Assembly (NCBI RefSeq): GCF_964355755.1
Contig: NC_092674.1
Span: 19,158,001-19,222,000, forward strand
Length of the DNA stretch: 64,000 nucleotides
Direction of reading: 5' to 3'
DNA from: Antedon mediterranea
Lineage: Eukaryota; Animalia; Echinodermata
Below the pieces are notes generated by a model, which was given only the letters and a program-made list of their open reading frames with translations, did no database searches and was not told the origin of the DNA. The position numbers and the translations under genes are program-made. Shown in pieces: positions 26,982 to 39,544 of the stretch; within the stretch, counting starts at the first letter, position 1; every line of letters starts with the position of its first letter.

Positions 26982-27815
26982 GTAGCGGACTCCGAGATAG
27001 CAAACCGGTTAAAGGCATTGGGTTGCAAACCAGTAAGTGATATAATGAGGCAAAAAATCAGAGTCAACGGACAACTGACAAGTTGGCTTAATGGTGATAG
27101 GGCTGTCTTTGTTGAAAAAATGTCATCCCCCATACCTAGGCAAATCGTTCTAAATGGTTTCAAAGCTCGTGTGTTTCACGAAGGACAAGAGATCAAATGT
27201 AACAAATGCTTGAAAAATGGACACGAAGCTTATCAATGTAAGGCTAATAGAGTATGCTTAAAATGTCACCAAGAAGGTCATACTATGAGCACTTGCAACA
27301 ATGAAATAGGCCAACAGCAAATATCAGCCAACTCAATGGGATCAACAGGGGCATATATTAACCGTATGTGGGAATCATTTGTGCACACTCCAATACCAAA
27401 ACAAATAACAGATAAAGACTTAAAGATAACAGATAAAGATAAATCACATGATAATGCAAACCCAAATTCAGACACAGAAGTAGATATTGATGAAGTGTTC
27501 AGCTCACAAGATACTGCAGATGACAGCAGCGGAAGTGAATCTGATGAAGAACAAGAACATGTAAAAGATAAAGATATAATAATTTTGGACAGTGAGGAAA
27601 AGACCATTAGTGAAGCAAATGAAAGCAAAGAACAGAAGAAGGTAACATATTTTTTTGTTTCTTCCACTCAAAACTCAAAAAGTAACAATGAAAGGAAAGG
27701 GGCTACCACTGATGAAAGTAGAACTGAAAAAGATTTAAAGGAAACATCACCAGAAAATCCACCACAGAAAACCAAAAAAAAAATCAACCTAAGGAAAAGG
27801 GTTACAAGAAAGTAA
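26982..27815 (+). CDS. LINE ORF1 (5'-truncated, CCHC zinc knuckles)
   Basis: Open from the insertion edge (VADSEIANRLKALGCK...NGDRAVFV). Knuckles CNKCLKNGHEAYQC and CLKCHQEGHTMSTC, then an acidic/basic tail. Confidence 0.85.
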   Translation, partial: VADSEIANRLKALGCKPVSDIMRQKIRVNGQLTSWLNGDRAVFVEKMSSPIPRQIVLNGFKARVFHEGQEIKCNKCLKNGHEAYQCKANRVCLKCHQEGHTMSTCNNEIGQQQISANSMGSTGAYINRMWESFVHTPIPKQITDKDLKITDKDKSHDNANPNSDTEVDIDEVFSSQDTADDSSGSESDEEQEHVKDKDIIILDSEEKTISEANESKEQKKVTYFFVSSTQNSKSNNERKGATTDESRTEKDLKETSPENPPQKTKKKINLRKRVTRK

Positions 27816-27931
27816 GTTGCAGAACTACTGTATCATACTGTGCAATATGACTTCAAATGTTTATTATTACAATTTAGTTTTTTTATTTAAGATAAATTAT
27901 AAAGTTTATAAAATGTTTTTATATTTAATAA

Positions 27932-30900
27932 TCATATGAAAAACAAAAACAAATTAGTATTTTTAAATGGGTCAAAGACAACAAAGCAGATATCATCTTC
28001 ATTCAAGAATCACATTTGACAAATGATAAAACCCAGTCACTGAATGATATATGGCAAGGTGATTCCTACCACTGCTTTGGCTCATCACACAGTAGAGGAA
28101 CATCCACATTTATTGCTAGTAAAATTCAACACAGGGTAACAAAACAATACAAAGATATTAATGGTAGATTTTTACTTCTAAGAGTTGAAATAGATGACAA
28201 CTATTTCATTCTTGTTAATTCATATGCCCCAAATTATGTAAAAGATCGATGTTCTTACTTCAGGACTTTACATAAAACAATTATTGACTTCAAAGAAAGC
28301 AAAAATGATAAAATAATTATAGGTGGTGACATGAATTGTGCTCTAGACAGAAAATTTGACCAAAAAGGTAGTGTCGATAGAGTAGATAATTCTGTTTTTA
28401 CAATAACACATTTTATGAAAAATCTGAATCTTAATGACATCTGGAGAAAAAATAACCCGGATACATGTCAATTCACATGGCGAAGGAAATCCACCCAAAC
28501 GTACAGAAGGTTGGACTATTTTTTTATATCTAACGACTTATGTGAATATGTTAACACATGTGATATCAGGCCGTCAATCATGTCTGATCACCAAGCCATA
28601 TCCTTAAAAATAAGTTTAACTAATGAAGAAAGAGGCCCAGGATTATGGAAAATGGACAATTCTCACTTAGATAATGAAGATTATATAAACAACATCAAAA
28701 ACATAATAGAAAGAGCTAGATTAGAAGAACTTAACCCAAAGGATAAATGGGAAATGATTAAAGTAAAAATAAAGGAATTCTCCATAAAATATGGGAAAAT
28801 GAAAAATAAAAATAAATGCAAAAGAAAAGAAATACTTCAACAGGAAATTGCTATCATTAATGATTTAATTATGAAAAAGGATAATACTGATAATAATATC
28901 CAGTATGAAACAGAATTAGATCAAAAAAAGAATGAACTTGAGCAAATTTACCTATTGGAAGCTAAAGGTGCTCAAATTAGGTCAAGAGTAAAGTGGATAG
29001 AAGATGGCGAACGAAACACTAAATACTTTCTTGGTTTAGAGAAAAATAATAGTAATAAAAAACATATTAAAAAATTAAAAAAACAGGACGGATCCATTAT
29101 ATCAAATTCCACAGAGATATTGAAGGAAGAGGTTAATTTCTTCAAAAAAATATATGCAAAACATGATGTTCCTTACAAATCAATTGATAAGTACCTATCT
29201 CATGTTAATTTAACTAAACTCACAGAGGCAGAACAAGAGATGTGTGAGGGTCATCTCTCTCTCTTCGAATGTGAGCAAGCAATAAAGAAAATGAAAAAAA
29301 ATAAAGCTCCAGGCAGTGACGGTTTAACAGTTGAGTTTTATCAACTCTTCTGGTACCTTATCTGTGACCTTGTTTGTGATGCACTAAATTATGGTTTTGC
29401 CACACAAGAAATGTCTGTGTCACAAAGAAGGGGAATAATCAACCTTATTTACAAAAAAGGTGATCACAAAGATTTAAATAACTGGCGCCCTATCACTTTA
29501 CTCAATATTGACTACAAAATAGCTTCTTTTGTTCTTACAACAAGATTACATCGAGTTGCAAAGTATATAATAAACAATGACCAAAAAGGGTATGTAAAAG
29601 GTCGCTTTGGTGGTGACAATATAAGACTAATAGAGGACATAATTACTTACATGGAAAATGAACAGCTTGAAGGTATACTTATAAGTTTAGATTTCCAAAA
29701 AGCATTTGACAGTGTCAATAGATCATTTTTAATAGAAGCCTTAAATAAATTCAATTTTGGTATTTCATTTGTGAACTGGGTAAAAGCACTGTATAACAAT
29801 ACAAATTGTATATTCACAAATAATGGTTGGCAATCAGAAAGTTTTGCAATGCACCAAGGTATTAGACAAGGATGTCCCTTGTCTGCTCTATTGTTTATTT
29901 TAGTAGCTGAAGTCCTAGCTACAAAAATAAGAGCATGTGATATGGTCAAAGGCCTGATTGTTCCTGCAGGCAATGGTATATTTAAAGATATTAAGATTGC
30001 ACACCTAGCAGATGACACTGTGCTTTTTCTAAAGGATATAAATAGTATAGATAACAGCATAAGTATTATTGAAAAGTTTGGAGAGGTTTCTGGATTAAAA
30101 TTAAATAAGAATAACACAAATGCTTTTTGGCTTGGCAGTTTAAGAGACTGCAAGGACACACATGGTAACATTTCTTGGACATCCACACCAATTCGGATAT
30201 TAGGTATCTATGTTGGACATGATAAGGAATATTGTTATCAAAAGAACTGGAAAGAAAAAATAGACGCATTAGAAAATACCCTAAAAACATGGGAGAAAAG
30301 ACACCTCACTTTTTTTGGAAGAATTACTATTGTAAAAACATTAGCGCTCTCAAAAATTATATACAATTCCTGCATTTTGCTAGTACCAGAAAAAGTAATA
30401 AAAGAGGTGGATAAATTAATTTTTAAATTCATTTGGGAAACTAAGAAAGAGAAAATAAAAAGAAAAACCATGTGTGCCAATTACAGTCAAGGTGGTCTAA
30501 AAATGGTAGAATTCAGATCTCAGGTAATATCTTTCCAAGTTAAATGGTACAGGAGACTGTATGAAAACGATGATGCCAAATGGAAATATTTACCTACATT
30601 TTATATAGAAAAGATAGGCCCAAAATCATTAACCTCAAATTTATCAAAAGTTCCGTGTAATATATCCGTACCACCATTTTACCTCTCAGTTATTAAGTCT
30701 ATAGCAGTAGCTAATGCTTGTAATAATAGATTAAATAAGGAACCAATAAGCTATGATGACATTATTAATCAATCATTATGGGGTAATGAGTTTATATGTA
30801 TTAAAAAGAAGCCGTTATATAACTGTAACTGGATTAGTTCAGGGTTTTTAAAAATATATGATGTAATAAATAATAATGTGTTTAAGCCTGCGATAGAGAT

Positions 30901-31423
30901 AAAAAGAAGGTTAAGATGTACACAAAATTGGATCAGTGAATATTCATGTATATTGAAAGCCATTCCAAAAGAATGGAAATGTATTTTAAAATCAACACAT
31001 GACATTAATGTAAATGATATACCTATTACAAACAATAAGGTTAAGAAAGTTTCTGGTCTTAAAGAAAAAAAACTGGCACATTTTAATTTTAAATTGTTGC
31101 ACAGAATATTGCCAACAAATGAAAGATTACATAGGTGGAGACTTGTAAATTCCCCATGTTGTGACACATGCAATGTTATTGAGAATGATAAACATATGTT
31201 AGTAGAGTGCATAACAGTAAAATCTTTATGGAGAGAGATAAACGAAATAATTAGAGCAGTAAGCATACATATTCCTGTTTTTTCTTTCAAAAGACTTTTA
31301 TTTGAAACTGACAATAATTACGTAAATAAATTATACACTTTAGGAGCATTTTGTATTTATAAAGTAAAGATATTAAGTTTATTGGAAAAAGAAAAAAAAA
31401 ATCAATCTCCTACAAATGTTTAA
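27932..31423 (+). CDS. LINE ORF2 (APE endonuclease + reverse transcriptase + C-terminal Cys domain)
   Basis: The frame opens at 27932 (FKWVKDNKADIIFIQESH), with GDMN, SDH, KAPGSDG, WRPITLLN, LDFQKAFD, GIRQGCPLS, LADD and CDTC...HML..C. The extreme N-terminus appears missing. Confidence 0.93.
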   Translation, partial: SYEKQKQISIFKWVKDNKADIIFIQESHLTNDKTQSLNDIWQGDSYHCFGSSHSRGTSTFIASKIQHRVTKQYKDINGRFLLLRVEIDDNYFILVNSYAPNYVKDRCSYFRTLHKTIIDFKESKNDKIIIGGDMNCALDRKFDQKGSVDRVDNSVFTITHFMKNLNLNDIWRKNNPDTCQFTWRRKSTQTYRRLDYFFISNDLCEYVNTCDIRPSIMSDHQAISLKISLTNEERGPGLWKMDNSHLDNEDYINNIKNIIERARLEELNPKDKWEMIKVKIKEFSIKYGKMKNKNKCKRKEILQQEIAIINDLIMKKDNTDNNIQYETELDQKKNELEQIYLLEAKGAQIRSRVKWIEDGERNTKYFLGLEKNNSNKKHIKKLKKQDGSIISNSTEILKEEVNFFKKIYAKHDVPYKSIDKYLSHVNLTKLTEAEQEMCEGHLSLFECEQAIKKMKKNKAPGSDGLTVEFYQLFWYLICDLVCDALNYGFATQEMSVSQRRGIINLIYKKGDHKDLNNWRPITLLNIDYKIASFVLTTRLHRVAKYIINNDQKGYVKGRFGGDNIRLIEDIITYMENEQLEGILISLDFQKAFDSVNRSFLIEALNKFNFGISFVNWVKALYNNTNCIFTNNGWQSESFAMHQGIRQGCPLSALLFILVAEVLATKIRACDMVKGLIVPAGNGIFKDIKIAHLADDTVLFLKDINSIDNSISIIEKFGEVSGLKLNKNNTNAFWLGSLRDCKDTHGNISWTSTPIRILGIYVGHDKEYCYQKNWKEKIDALENTLKTWEKRHLTFFGRITIVKTLALSKIIYNSCILLVPEKVIKEVDKLIFKFIWETKKEKIKRKTMCANYSQGGLKMVEFRSQVISFQVKWYRRLYENDDAKWKYLPTFYIEKIGPKSLTSNLSKVPCNISVPPFYLSVIKSIAVANACNNRLNKEPISYDDIINQSLWGNEFICIKKKPLYNCNWISSGFLKIYDVINNNVFKPAIEIKRRLRCTQNWISEYSCILKAIPKEWKCILKSTHDINVNDIPITNNKVKKVSGLKEKKLAHFNFKLLHRILPTNERLHRWRLVNSPCCDTCNVIENDKHMLVECITVKSLWREINEIIRAVSIHIPVFSFKRLLFETDNNYVNKLYTLGAFCIYKVKILSLLEKEKKNQSPTNV

Positions 31424-34400
31424 GAGAGCCAGTCACTAAAAATCAAACATTAGGTGGCAAGGGTCAAAATTTCGAATTGGCTCATATTTTGCACATTGGT
31501 AGACCTTGATGTAAGTAAACCTGATGTGTAGTTTGTTTGGTAAAATATCGCTTAGTTTTCGAGAAAATCGAAAAATAACAATTTTCGGCCAATTTTGTTA
31601 ATTTTCGGTGTATAATTTACATTAAGTTTAACAGCCTCTGGAAGCCAAAAGAAGCTACCTAGCGTTTTAATATTTTACACTTATGTTAACTAGCATCTTG
31701 ACAATAATTTAGTAAAGTTTCCAAAAATTTGATGAAATTTTAAGATTGTTACTAATTAATTACTAATTAGCATATATAAAACTCTTAAAAAGTAGGTTAA
31801 AAACAAACGCGTTTTTTTTCATGTGCGACGAATTTTTTTTAAATAAAAAAATCATCAATCTAAAGTTTAGATACTAATATTTATGAATCAAGTAAAAAAT
31901 ATTTGGGGAAACTATTTTGCGCTCCACGCCAGAGCAGCAAAGTTGTAAGAAATTCAAAGATTTTATCTGTCGGCAAGATCAATCAGATGTACCTATTGTT
32001 ATCTATTTAGCAATCTAAGTCGCTTTGAGCCAAACTTTTATTACGCGAAACAAACTTGAAAGATAAACTGAAAGTTCCTGGAATAATTTTGAGTTAAGTT
32101 GCAATTTAATCACAAACTAAATATACGTTTCTGGTAAAATTTCAATTACTAACCAATATACGAAATTAAGCAATTAACTAAAAATCACTCGCTTATGCTT
32201 TGTCAAACCATATTATTATAAATTATTCCATCCTCTCATAGTTTATATAGGATAAAAGTGAAAAACACATTTGTTTTAACTTGTTATCGTTTTCCTGTTT
32301 GTCGAACCTGGTCGAACTTACTCAACGAGAATGTTTCAAAACATTAACCACAGTAGACAAAACACTGCATATATTCGATAGACAACTATATCTTCATTGG
32401 CGTTGACAACGGAACTGATTTGTTATCCATTTTAGTTTATGTCTTACAATGTAAAGACGTGTTGAAAATAATATTTATATATAATTATTGTCTGATGGCT
32501 TTAAGTTCAAACAAGATGGAGATTTCATGTTCTTTTAAATCGGTTGTTGGCGGAGCTTGTGGATTCGATAGAAAAAACCGCAAACAGAGCACTGAAGTTC
32601 TACCTTTACAAGCATGCCAGAAGGAAATCGCTGCACACAGATCCATGTTTAGGTTTACGGGCATCGATAGTGAGGTAGACCTAATTCTTAGTCGAGCAGC
32701 AATGTTTATCTTGCCCGCTGATATACATAGTTGGACTGTTTGTCCCTTGCATCGATCGGAACTTGGCTTAGGTTGGTCTCGAGGAAATAACAACAGATGT
32801 AGAGTGCCGCCTGATCTATCTAATCACATCCAAAGCAAGGGAAAGGGACCCAAGTGCGATAGGGGTATTAGCAAAGAAGATTCGCAACTAATATTAAAGA
32901 AAACAGGAACTTTCCTGCAAGTTGGTTCAGGTAAATATAATTTAATTTTTATATTTTTATATATTTAATGTAATTTAAACTGTTAAACAAAAAACCTGTA
33001 AGTTAATGTTTTTACGCTTTTTATCAGGTATCTGTTCAACTTGCCGTAAGATGCTGAAGTCATTGTTACCTGTAACCTCGAACACTGAAACAAATAACCC
33101 TAGTCTCGTCGATCAGATGAGCGCACTAACAACTGTAAGTTAAAAAATACCGTACAGTATGACATTTATGAATACGCATTTATTGGCGGAAAGATTAAGT
33201 AAATAATGTGTTTCATGTTACTTTGTTCATTTTATTTCGTATGTTGGTGGTAGGAGGAATATTTTCTGCATTCCCTGCCATTGTCATCATCATTTTATAT
33301 ATATCACGAATCAGTGCGTCAATAATTGAATCAAAGTCAGTAGTAATTTTTTACCAATATTAATATTATTCTTATTTTCAGGAAAGTAATAAGGATGAGT
33401 TCTACATGCCATTAGCCACTCCAACTTGTCAAGCACCGGCGTGTGATGTTATGGATACTCAAATGAGCCTTCCTATATCAATTTTGTGATCCAACTTTTG
33501 CTTCAACTACCTCAGAAGATGAATCAATTCAATCTACACCAAGAGAAAAATTAAATGCATTTCTCAATTCAAGGGACGTCAGTCCAATTAGATATCCTTT
33601 ATCTGCACCGCTGGAGCAAGTTTCAGACCGTACTAAACGTTTCCACATGCGCAAGGCTCGTCAAGTTGTCTCTATGTGCCTGGAAGAAATCGCACCTGGT
33701 CAGTCGACTACTCTACTTGAAGGCTTATCAAGTGATAAAACCACAGAAGCTGACGAAAGAACCGATTCTTCTCTATTAGATGCTCTATCAGAATGCTATC
33801 TTCATACTAACCACTGGAGTACAAGACGTCAGATTTTATCGATCATGGTTGTTAAGGTTACCTTCAAGGAACTGCAGAAATGGATACCTAACTTGACTAG
33901 ATACCGTTTTAACGTGGCCAAACACCATTTATTGTTACATGGTAGAGGTTCTGTAATTCAACCTCTAAAGAACACTAGAGTATGCGTACAGCCAGGGAAA
34001 ATTGACCACTTTGTTACCTTTATAACAAGTTCTCAAGTTATACAAGACTTGCCATTTGGAGAAAAAACTCTAAAACTTTCTACAGACAGAGTTATAAAAA
34101 TCCCAAATGTTGTGCGTAATCTTATCCCAGAACAATGTATTCTTCAATACGAGAGTTACTGTCAAGAGAAGAATTTTCAACCTATGAGCCGCAGTACATT
34201 GCGTAGAGTTCTCAGCGTTTGTTCTGCTTCTGTACGCAAATCCTTACAGGGCCTTGATTATATCTCTGCCAATGGTGGAAAAGCCTTCGATGTACTCTTC
34301 CCTAGAGAAACACTTAGATTATGAAAATCACAAGAACGCACTAGAACATGAAACACTATATGACAGGGCAATGAAATTATACGCAACACAACTAGAAGAG

Positions 34401-36625
34401 GGTACTTCTAAAAATCCAGAACCAACGATTTGCCACGGTTTGACATTGGCCCCGACCTGCAAATGGGTTGGGCGCTAAAGTCCTTTGCAAAAAAAACCCG
34501 ATTTTCTGTTCCACAGAAAACCTACCTTATTGATGTTTTTGACGCTGGAGAGCAGACAGGACAGAAAGCTGATCCATGTGATGTCTCACGAGAGATGAGA
34601 TCGGCCAGGCACAGCGATGGTTCACATCTATTTAGCAAGAGTGAATTTTTAACAGCACAGCAGATTGCAAGTTTTTTCTCACGCTTAGCTAAAAAAAGGA
34701 GGACAGATGCAGCCGTTCATGATGATGATGACGAAGATGATGATTACGATAGTAATGAAGATGGTGACGAAGTCGAAGAAAATGGAGACGATTCAAAAAC
34801 GGAAAAAGAAAGAGAAATTCAACTCTTATCGCAAACCGTAGTGGACACAATAGGCTTGCAGCATCCAATAATGTTTGAAAGGCATAATATATGTGAACTG
34901 AAAGCTCAAGAAAAACTCTCCAGATTCTCTTTGTCAATGTTGCAAGAAATGTGTACTTCTCTTGAACTTGATACCACAGATATAACCATAAAGCGCAAGA
35001 AGCCATACATTGATTTGTTGGGAAAGCTGGTTTCCACGTGCAGTTGCTCGATTGATTAAGGTAGCAACGAAGGTAGAACTGTGTCTGTGAGAATTCTTTA
35101 AAATAACAATTTAATATGTGGGACGATTCTGTTATTTAAATTGTTAGTATTTTAAGTCGCGTTCTGTAAATTTGTAATAAAGCGAAGGGGTGTAACAATG
35201 GTAAAACAATAATTTATTGTTTAGGCTACAAATTATTAGAAAATTTCGCACGAGCACATGAACGTTAACGGTTGTCACCATTCTACTCATTTGCATAACA
35301 ACAGAGTTCAGCGAACATTTGCATTAACGTACGTGCTCGTTTTGATTTTGCGCTTCGACGGGAAGTGTAGAACGCAACACATGTGTAGCGCACGCAACAT
35401 ACGCAACAAGTATTAAAATAAATCATGGAATACCTTGGGTTTAGAGACTAAGCCTAGCCAGGCATGTTTAATCATGTTTTGGTTAACGTTTTTCATTGAC
35501 GCTATTTTTCAGAAATAAGGTTATCGACACACGTAACTAAAGTTTTTCGTAATGCTTGCGCACGCACAGATCAAGTTGTTTACAAAGTGGGCGGAGCTTG
35601 GAAAATAGCGTTAACGTGCTCGTGCGAAAACTCCCTATATGAGAAGATAAGAACATTATGTTGTAAAGCCTGTTTTCCACTAGGCAAAATTATTCGCGCA
35701 AATCAAACATTTTCGCGTATACGCGCACGCCCAATGGAACACTTTGTTGATAAAAATAAACTGCGCATGCGCGCGTATAGTGCAAAAAATGTTCAATTCG
35801 CGCGAATAAATTCACCTTGTGGAAAACATAACAGGCTTGATGAAGCTAAGCGAGTTATAATGTTGAGCTCAGATAGTAAATGCTTAATTTCATCATGGGT
35901 TAGTCGTTTAAATTTTACTAGAAATATATTTTTAGTTTGTGCTTATATGAAAACGTGATTCCAAATTATTCAGGACCTTTCAGTTTACCTTTAAAGTTTG
36001 TTTCTCTTAGTAAAATTTACCTTAAATCTGTAAATAGAAAACAATAGGTACATCTGATTGATCTTGCCGACAGATAAAATCTTTGAATTTCTTACAACTT
36101 TGTGGCTCTGGCGCGGAGCGCAAAATAGTTTCCCCAAATTTTTTTTACTTGATTCATAAATATTAGTATCTAAACTTTAGATTGATGATTTTTTTATTAA
36201 AAAAAAATTCGTCGCACATGAAAAAAAATGCGTTTGTTTTTACCCTAGTTTTTATGAGTTTTATATATGCTAATTTGTAATTAATTAGTAAAAATCTTAG
36301 AATTTCATCAAATTTTTTGAAACTTCACTAAAATATTTTCAAGATGCTAGTTAACCTAAGTGTAAAATATTAAAACGTTAGGTAGCTACGTTTGGCTTCC
36401 AGAGGCTGTTAAACTTAATGTAAATTATACACCAAAAATTAACAAAATTGGCCGAAAATTGTTATTTTTCGATTTTCTCGAAAACTAAGCGATATTTTAC
36501 CAAACAAACTACACATCAGGTTTCCTTACATCAAGGTCTACCAATGTGCAAAATATGAGCCAATTCGAAATTTTGACCCTTGCCACTAAATTACGAATAT
36601 GTCTGATTTTTGGTGACAAGCACTC
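31424..36625 (+). mobile_element. Sola3 DNA transposon (internally deleted)
   Basis: TTAA on both sides (31420-31423, 36626-36629), GAG...CTC termini, and TIRs of about 660 bp (31424 to about 32090; about 35963 to 36625). These match the Sola3 hallmarks. Confidence 0.88.
32495..35059 (+). pseudogene. Sola3 transposase, spliced, frameshifted and apparently lacking the catalytic core
   Basis: Exons 32495-32930, 33028-33134 and 33382-35059. Motifs VCPLHRSELGLGW, WSTRRQILS, QDLPFGEK, SLQGLDY, then an abrupt jump near 34290 to YSSLEKHLD and MGWALK...QQIASFFSR. Confidence 0.75.
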
Positions 36626-37898
36626 TTAAATCTGAAAAAAAGATAAGAAATATGTAAATCTGCAGGTATACTGTATATGCTCAACCAGATTAAGGAAGAA
36701 AATATGTAAATGAGATACCATGAATGATGAATCTATTATGTTTTTTTTTTTTTTTTTTCTTGCTACTATACTGTATGTTTTGTAAATATGTATACCTTGA
36801 TGATTTGAAAACAAAAAGACAAAATGTGAAAAGCTTTTTATAGATTGATGATAAAAAAAAATGATGAAGGATAAGAAGGTTTAGGTTTAAGTGGGGAAGT
36901 GTTTTCATCAAAGCTTTCATATTATAGGTATATACCGTATATATGTAATTTGCACATTCTTACTGCATGTGGAATTTTGAAATGATAAAATGGTTAAAAA
37001 GAAAAAAAAAATGTCTAATTTTTTTAATGGATCATTAAACACAAATGTTGTTAAATGATAATGTATGTATAAATAAATAATAGAATAAATAATAAGTAAA
37101 AAAAAATAATTGAATGAACCCACATAGGAAAAAAAAAGTTAAATGAAACTTTGATGGGTTATACTGTAGATGCAAAAAAGGATAATCTGTTGGAAATAAA
37201 TTTTGTAAACATTTAAAGATCAAAAAAATCAATGTTAAAGGATGAGGAAAATATAATGTTAACAGTAAAAAGTTAGTAAGTAATTAGTATAACAGAGAAT
37301 ATGCATTGTTTAAATGAAAATATGTTTGCATAGATAAATCCAAAGAAAAATAAAATGAGACAAACCCATGGGATGGATTTATTAAACATAAACGTATTAT
37401 AATTGTATGAAATAAATATGCATGAAGATGAAAAAAAAACAAAAACAACTATGTAAGAAAAAATAAGCTTTGTTAATGAAAATGTGTTATAGATAATATG
37501 TATAAAAAGAGGAAACTATGTAATCAATGTGGTTAAATGATAATGTATGTATAAACAAAATAATATATGGAAATAGTTTTTTTTTTTTTTTAAAGAAAAT
37601 AAGTAAAAAAATGTGGTAGATGAAAAAATCAAAAACAACTATGTAAGAAAAAAAATAAGCTTGTTAATGAAAATGTGTTACAGATAATATGTTTAAAAAG
37701 AGGAAGCTATGTATTCAATGTGATAATATGTAAACAAATGAATAAAACTCTTTAAATAAGTATATGTATACAGATGATTAAACAAACATTGTAAATATAA
37801 TGATATGTATAGTGTATAGTGAAAAATATATGTAAAGAGAACAGTGGTATGGAAATAAAAGTGGGATGAACCCACATAAGATAAAAAAAAAAAAAAAA

Positions 37899-38638
37899 AA
37901 AGCATCAGTTATTGCATAACATTACTGTCTAAGGATAAGTTGTGTAGAGATATGTTTTTTGTTTAAAACATTAGTAATTAATAGTATTTCTGATCATCTT
38001 TCATCCAAATTTTCTGTTAGAATGAATGTAAATATGTGTATTTCTAACAATTTGATACCAAATTTAAGTTTCTACGACCAGTACTTACAGAGATATGAAG
38101 ATGCCCTGATATGTGGGTCAAAGGTCAGAAATGACATTTCTGATAATTTTTGACTAAAATGTCCCGTTAGAGTGGTTGCCGAGATACAAGTATCTATTTG
38201 TATTTGTTCATATAACCCTTGACCCTGACCCATTGTAACATTTAAAAAAAATATGCAACAAACAACAAAATGTTTATATCGAACAATTTAAGACCAAATT
38301 CAAGTGTCTACAACCAGTAGTTACGGAGATACATACATGCCCTGGGTGTGGGTCAAAGGTCAGAAATGGCATTTCCGGTCATTTTTTACTAAATAGTCGC
38401 ATTAGACTGAATATAAATGTATACCTTCTGATCAATTTGAGACCAGTGGTTGTCAAGATTTAAAGACCTATTAGTGTTTAGTTTTATAACCTTTCACCTG
38501 ACCTTTTGACCTTCTGCCACATTTTCAAAATGTGTAACCAAGCCAATAATGATTGTTTGACCATCCTAAACCAATTTCTGAAGTCAAATTCTCTGGACCT
38601 CAAAGTGCATACGAAAGTTGATCTAGCTACTAGAGTAA
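37899..38638. repeat. Outer part of the right arm of the inverted duplication (TGACCTTTGACC-type repeat)
   Basis: Reverse complement of 24923-25565 with scattered substitutions and indels. Confidence 0.85.
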
Positions 38639-38649
38639 CTCTAACATTC

Positions 38650-39070
38650 AGTGTTCCCACTAGCGACGCGAACGTAACGCAACCTACGCAACATAAGAAA
38701 ATTCCCTTCAATTAATTGTGTTTACCTCCGTCTGCGTGAAATCGAACCTGTGATATTTGCAGCACTGTTGCGTCGTCGGTTCCCACTTGCGATTACGCAA
38801 TACACCACTTTGTGTCAATACGTCGCTGCGTTACGATCTAGTGGGAACCACGATTCACAGGAAAATATGAACCTTCACAATTTAATAGACACACCTAAAG
38901 CGTGGTTCCCACTAGCAAGGACGTAACGCAACGCAAGTGAATTGACCAATCACAAGCGATGGCTTATTCGCTTGTGATTGCTAACTGTCTATAACTTCGC
39001 TTGTCATTGGTTAAAACGCTTGCGTTGCGTTTACGTCCTTGCGTTACGTTCTAGTGGGAACCAAGCTTTA
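38650..39070. mobile_element. Two palindromic MITEs (Harbinger/Tourist-like), about 38650-38851 and 38897-39070
   Basis: TIRs GTTCCCACTAG...CTAGTGGGAAC around internally palindromic bodies. Confidence 0.7.
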
Positions 39071-39544
39071 TCATCATCAGTTTCAGCCATGATGATGAGG
39101 TTACTGACCAGTAAGTACTTTAAATTGAAATGTTTAATATCTTATCTGCATTGCTTTCCACGTAGGAGGCTACAACAGCTACAATAAAACAGCCACTAAT
39201 GTTGATGATGATATCGATATGATAATGGATTATTCTTTGTTCGTTTTATAAACATTCATTATTGTCGTACAGACAAATTAATTTAATGCAATTAATTTAA
39301 TTGTTTTACCTTCATTAACCTTAATGTTGATTTAAATACACTTTTGTCTAGTATACTAATGAAGAACTGAACGAATATGAAGAACTTTTTATTATTTTCC
39401 CGTAATAAAAAGCACTTATTTATTTATATACTACGGAAAATACTATACTACTCTCTGTGCTTTCTTTCTTATTTTCCCTTGCATGTAAGTTCTACTTTTT
39501 TCTTAATACTTTAAAATTAAAATTTGCATTATTATCATTGAAGA

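Larger units (their letters stand above)
26982..37898 (+). mobile_element. 5'-truncated L1/Tx1-clade LINE with poly(A) tail and 14-bp TSD, interrupted by Sola3
   Basis: TSD AAAGCATCAGTTAT at 26968-26981 and 37899-37912. Target TT|AAAG resembles the L1 endonuclease site. ORF1 + ORF2, with 3' UTR about 36660-37880 and an A tail. Confidence 0.92.

Noticed and set aside
29647-31314. Minus-strand ORFs of 74-181 aa
   Set aside because: Antisense shadows of LINE ORF2 with no independent motifs.
36626-37905. Several hydrophobic minus-strand ORFs
   Set aside because: Translation of the A-rich LINE 3' UTR; low complexity.
24923-38638. Single 13.7-kb giant TIR transposon (Polinton-like)
   Set aside because: The interior is explained by later L1 and Sola3 insertions. 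No polB, integrase or capsid ORFs, and no evident TSD at the outer ends.
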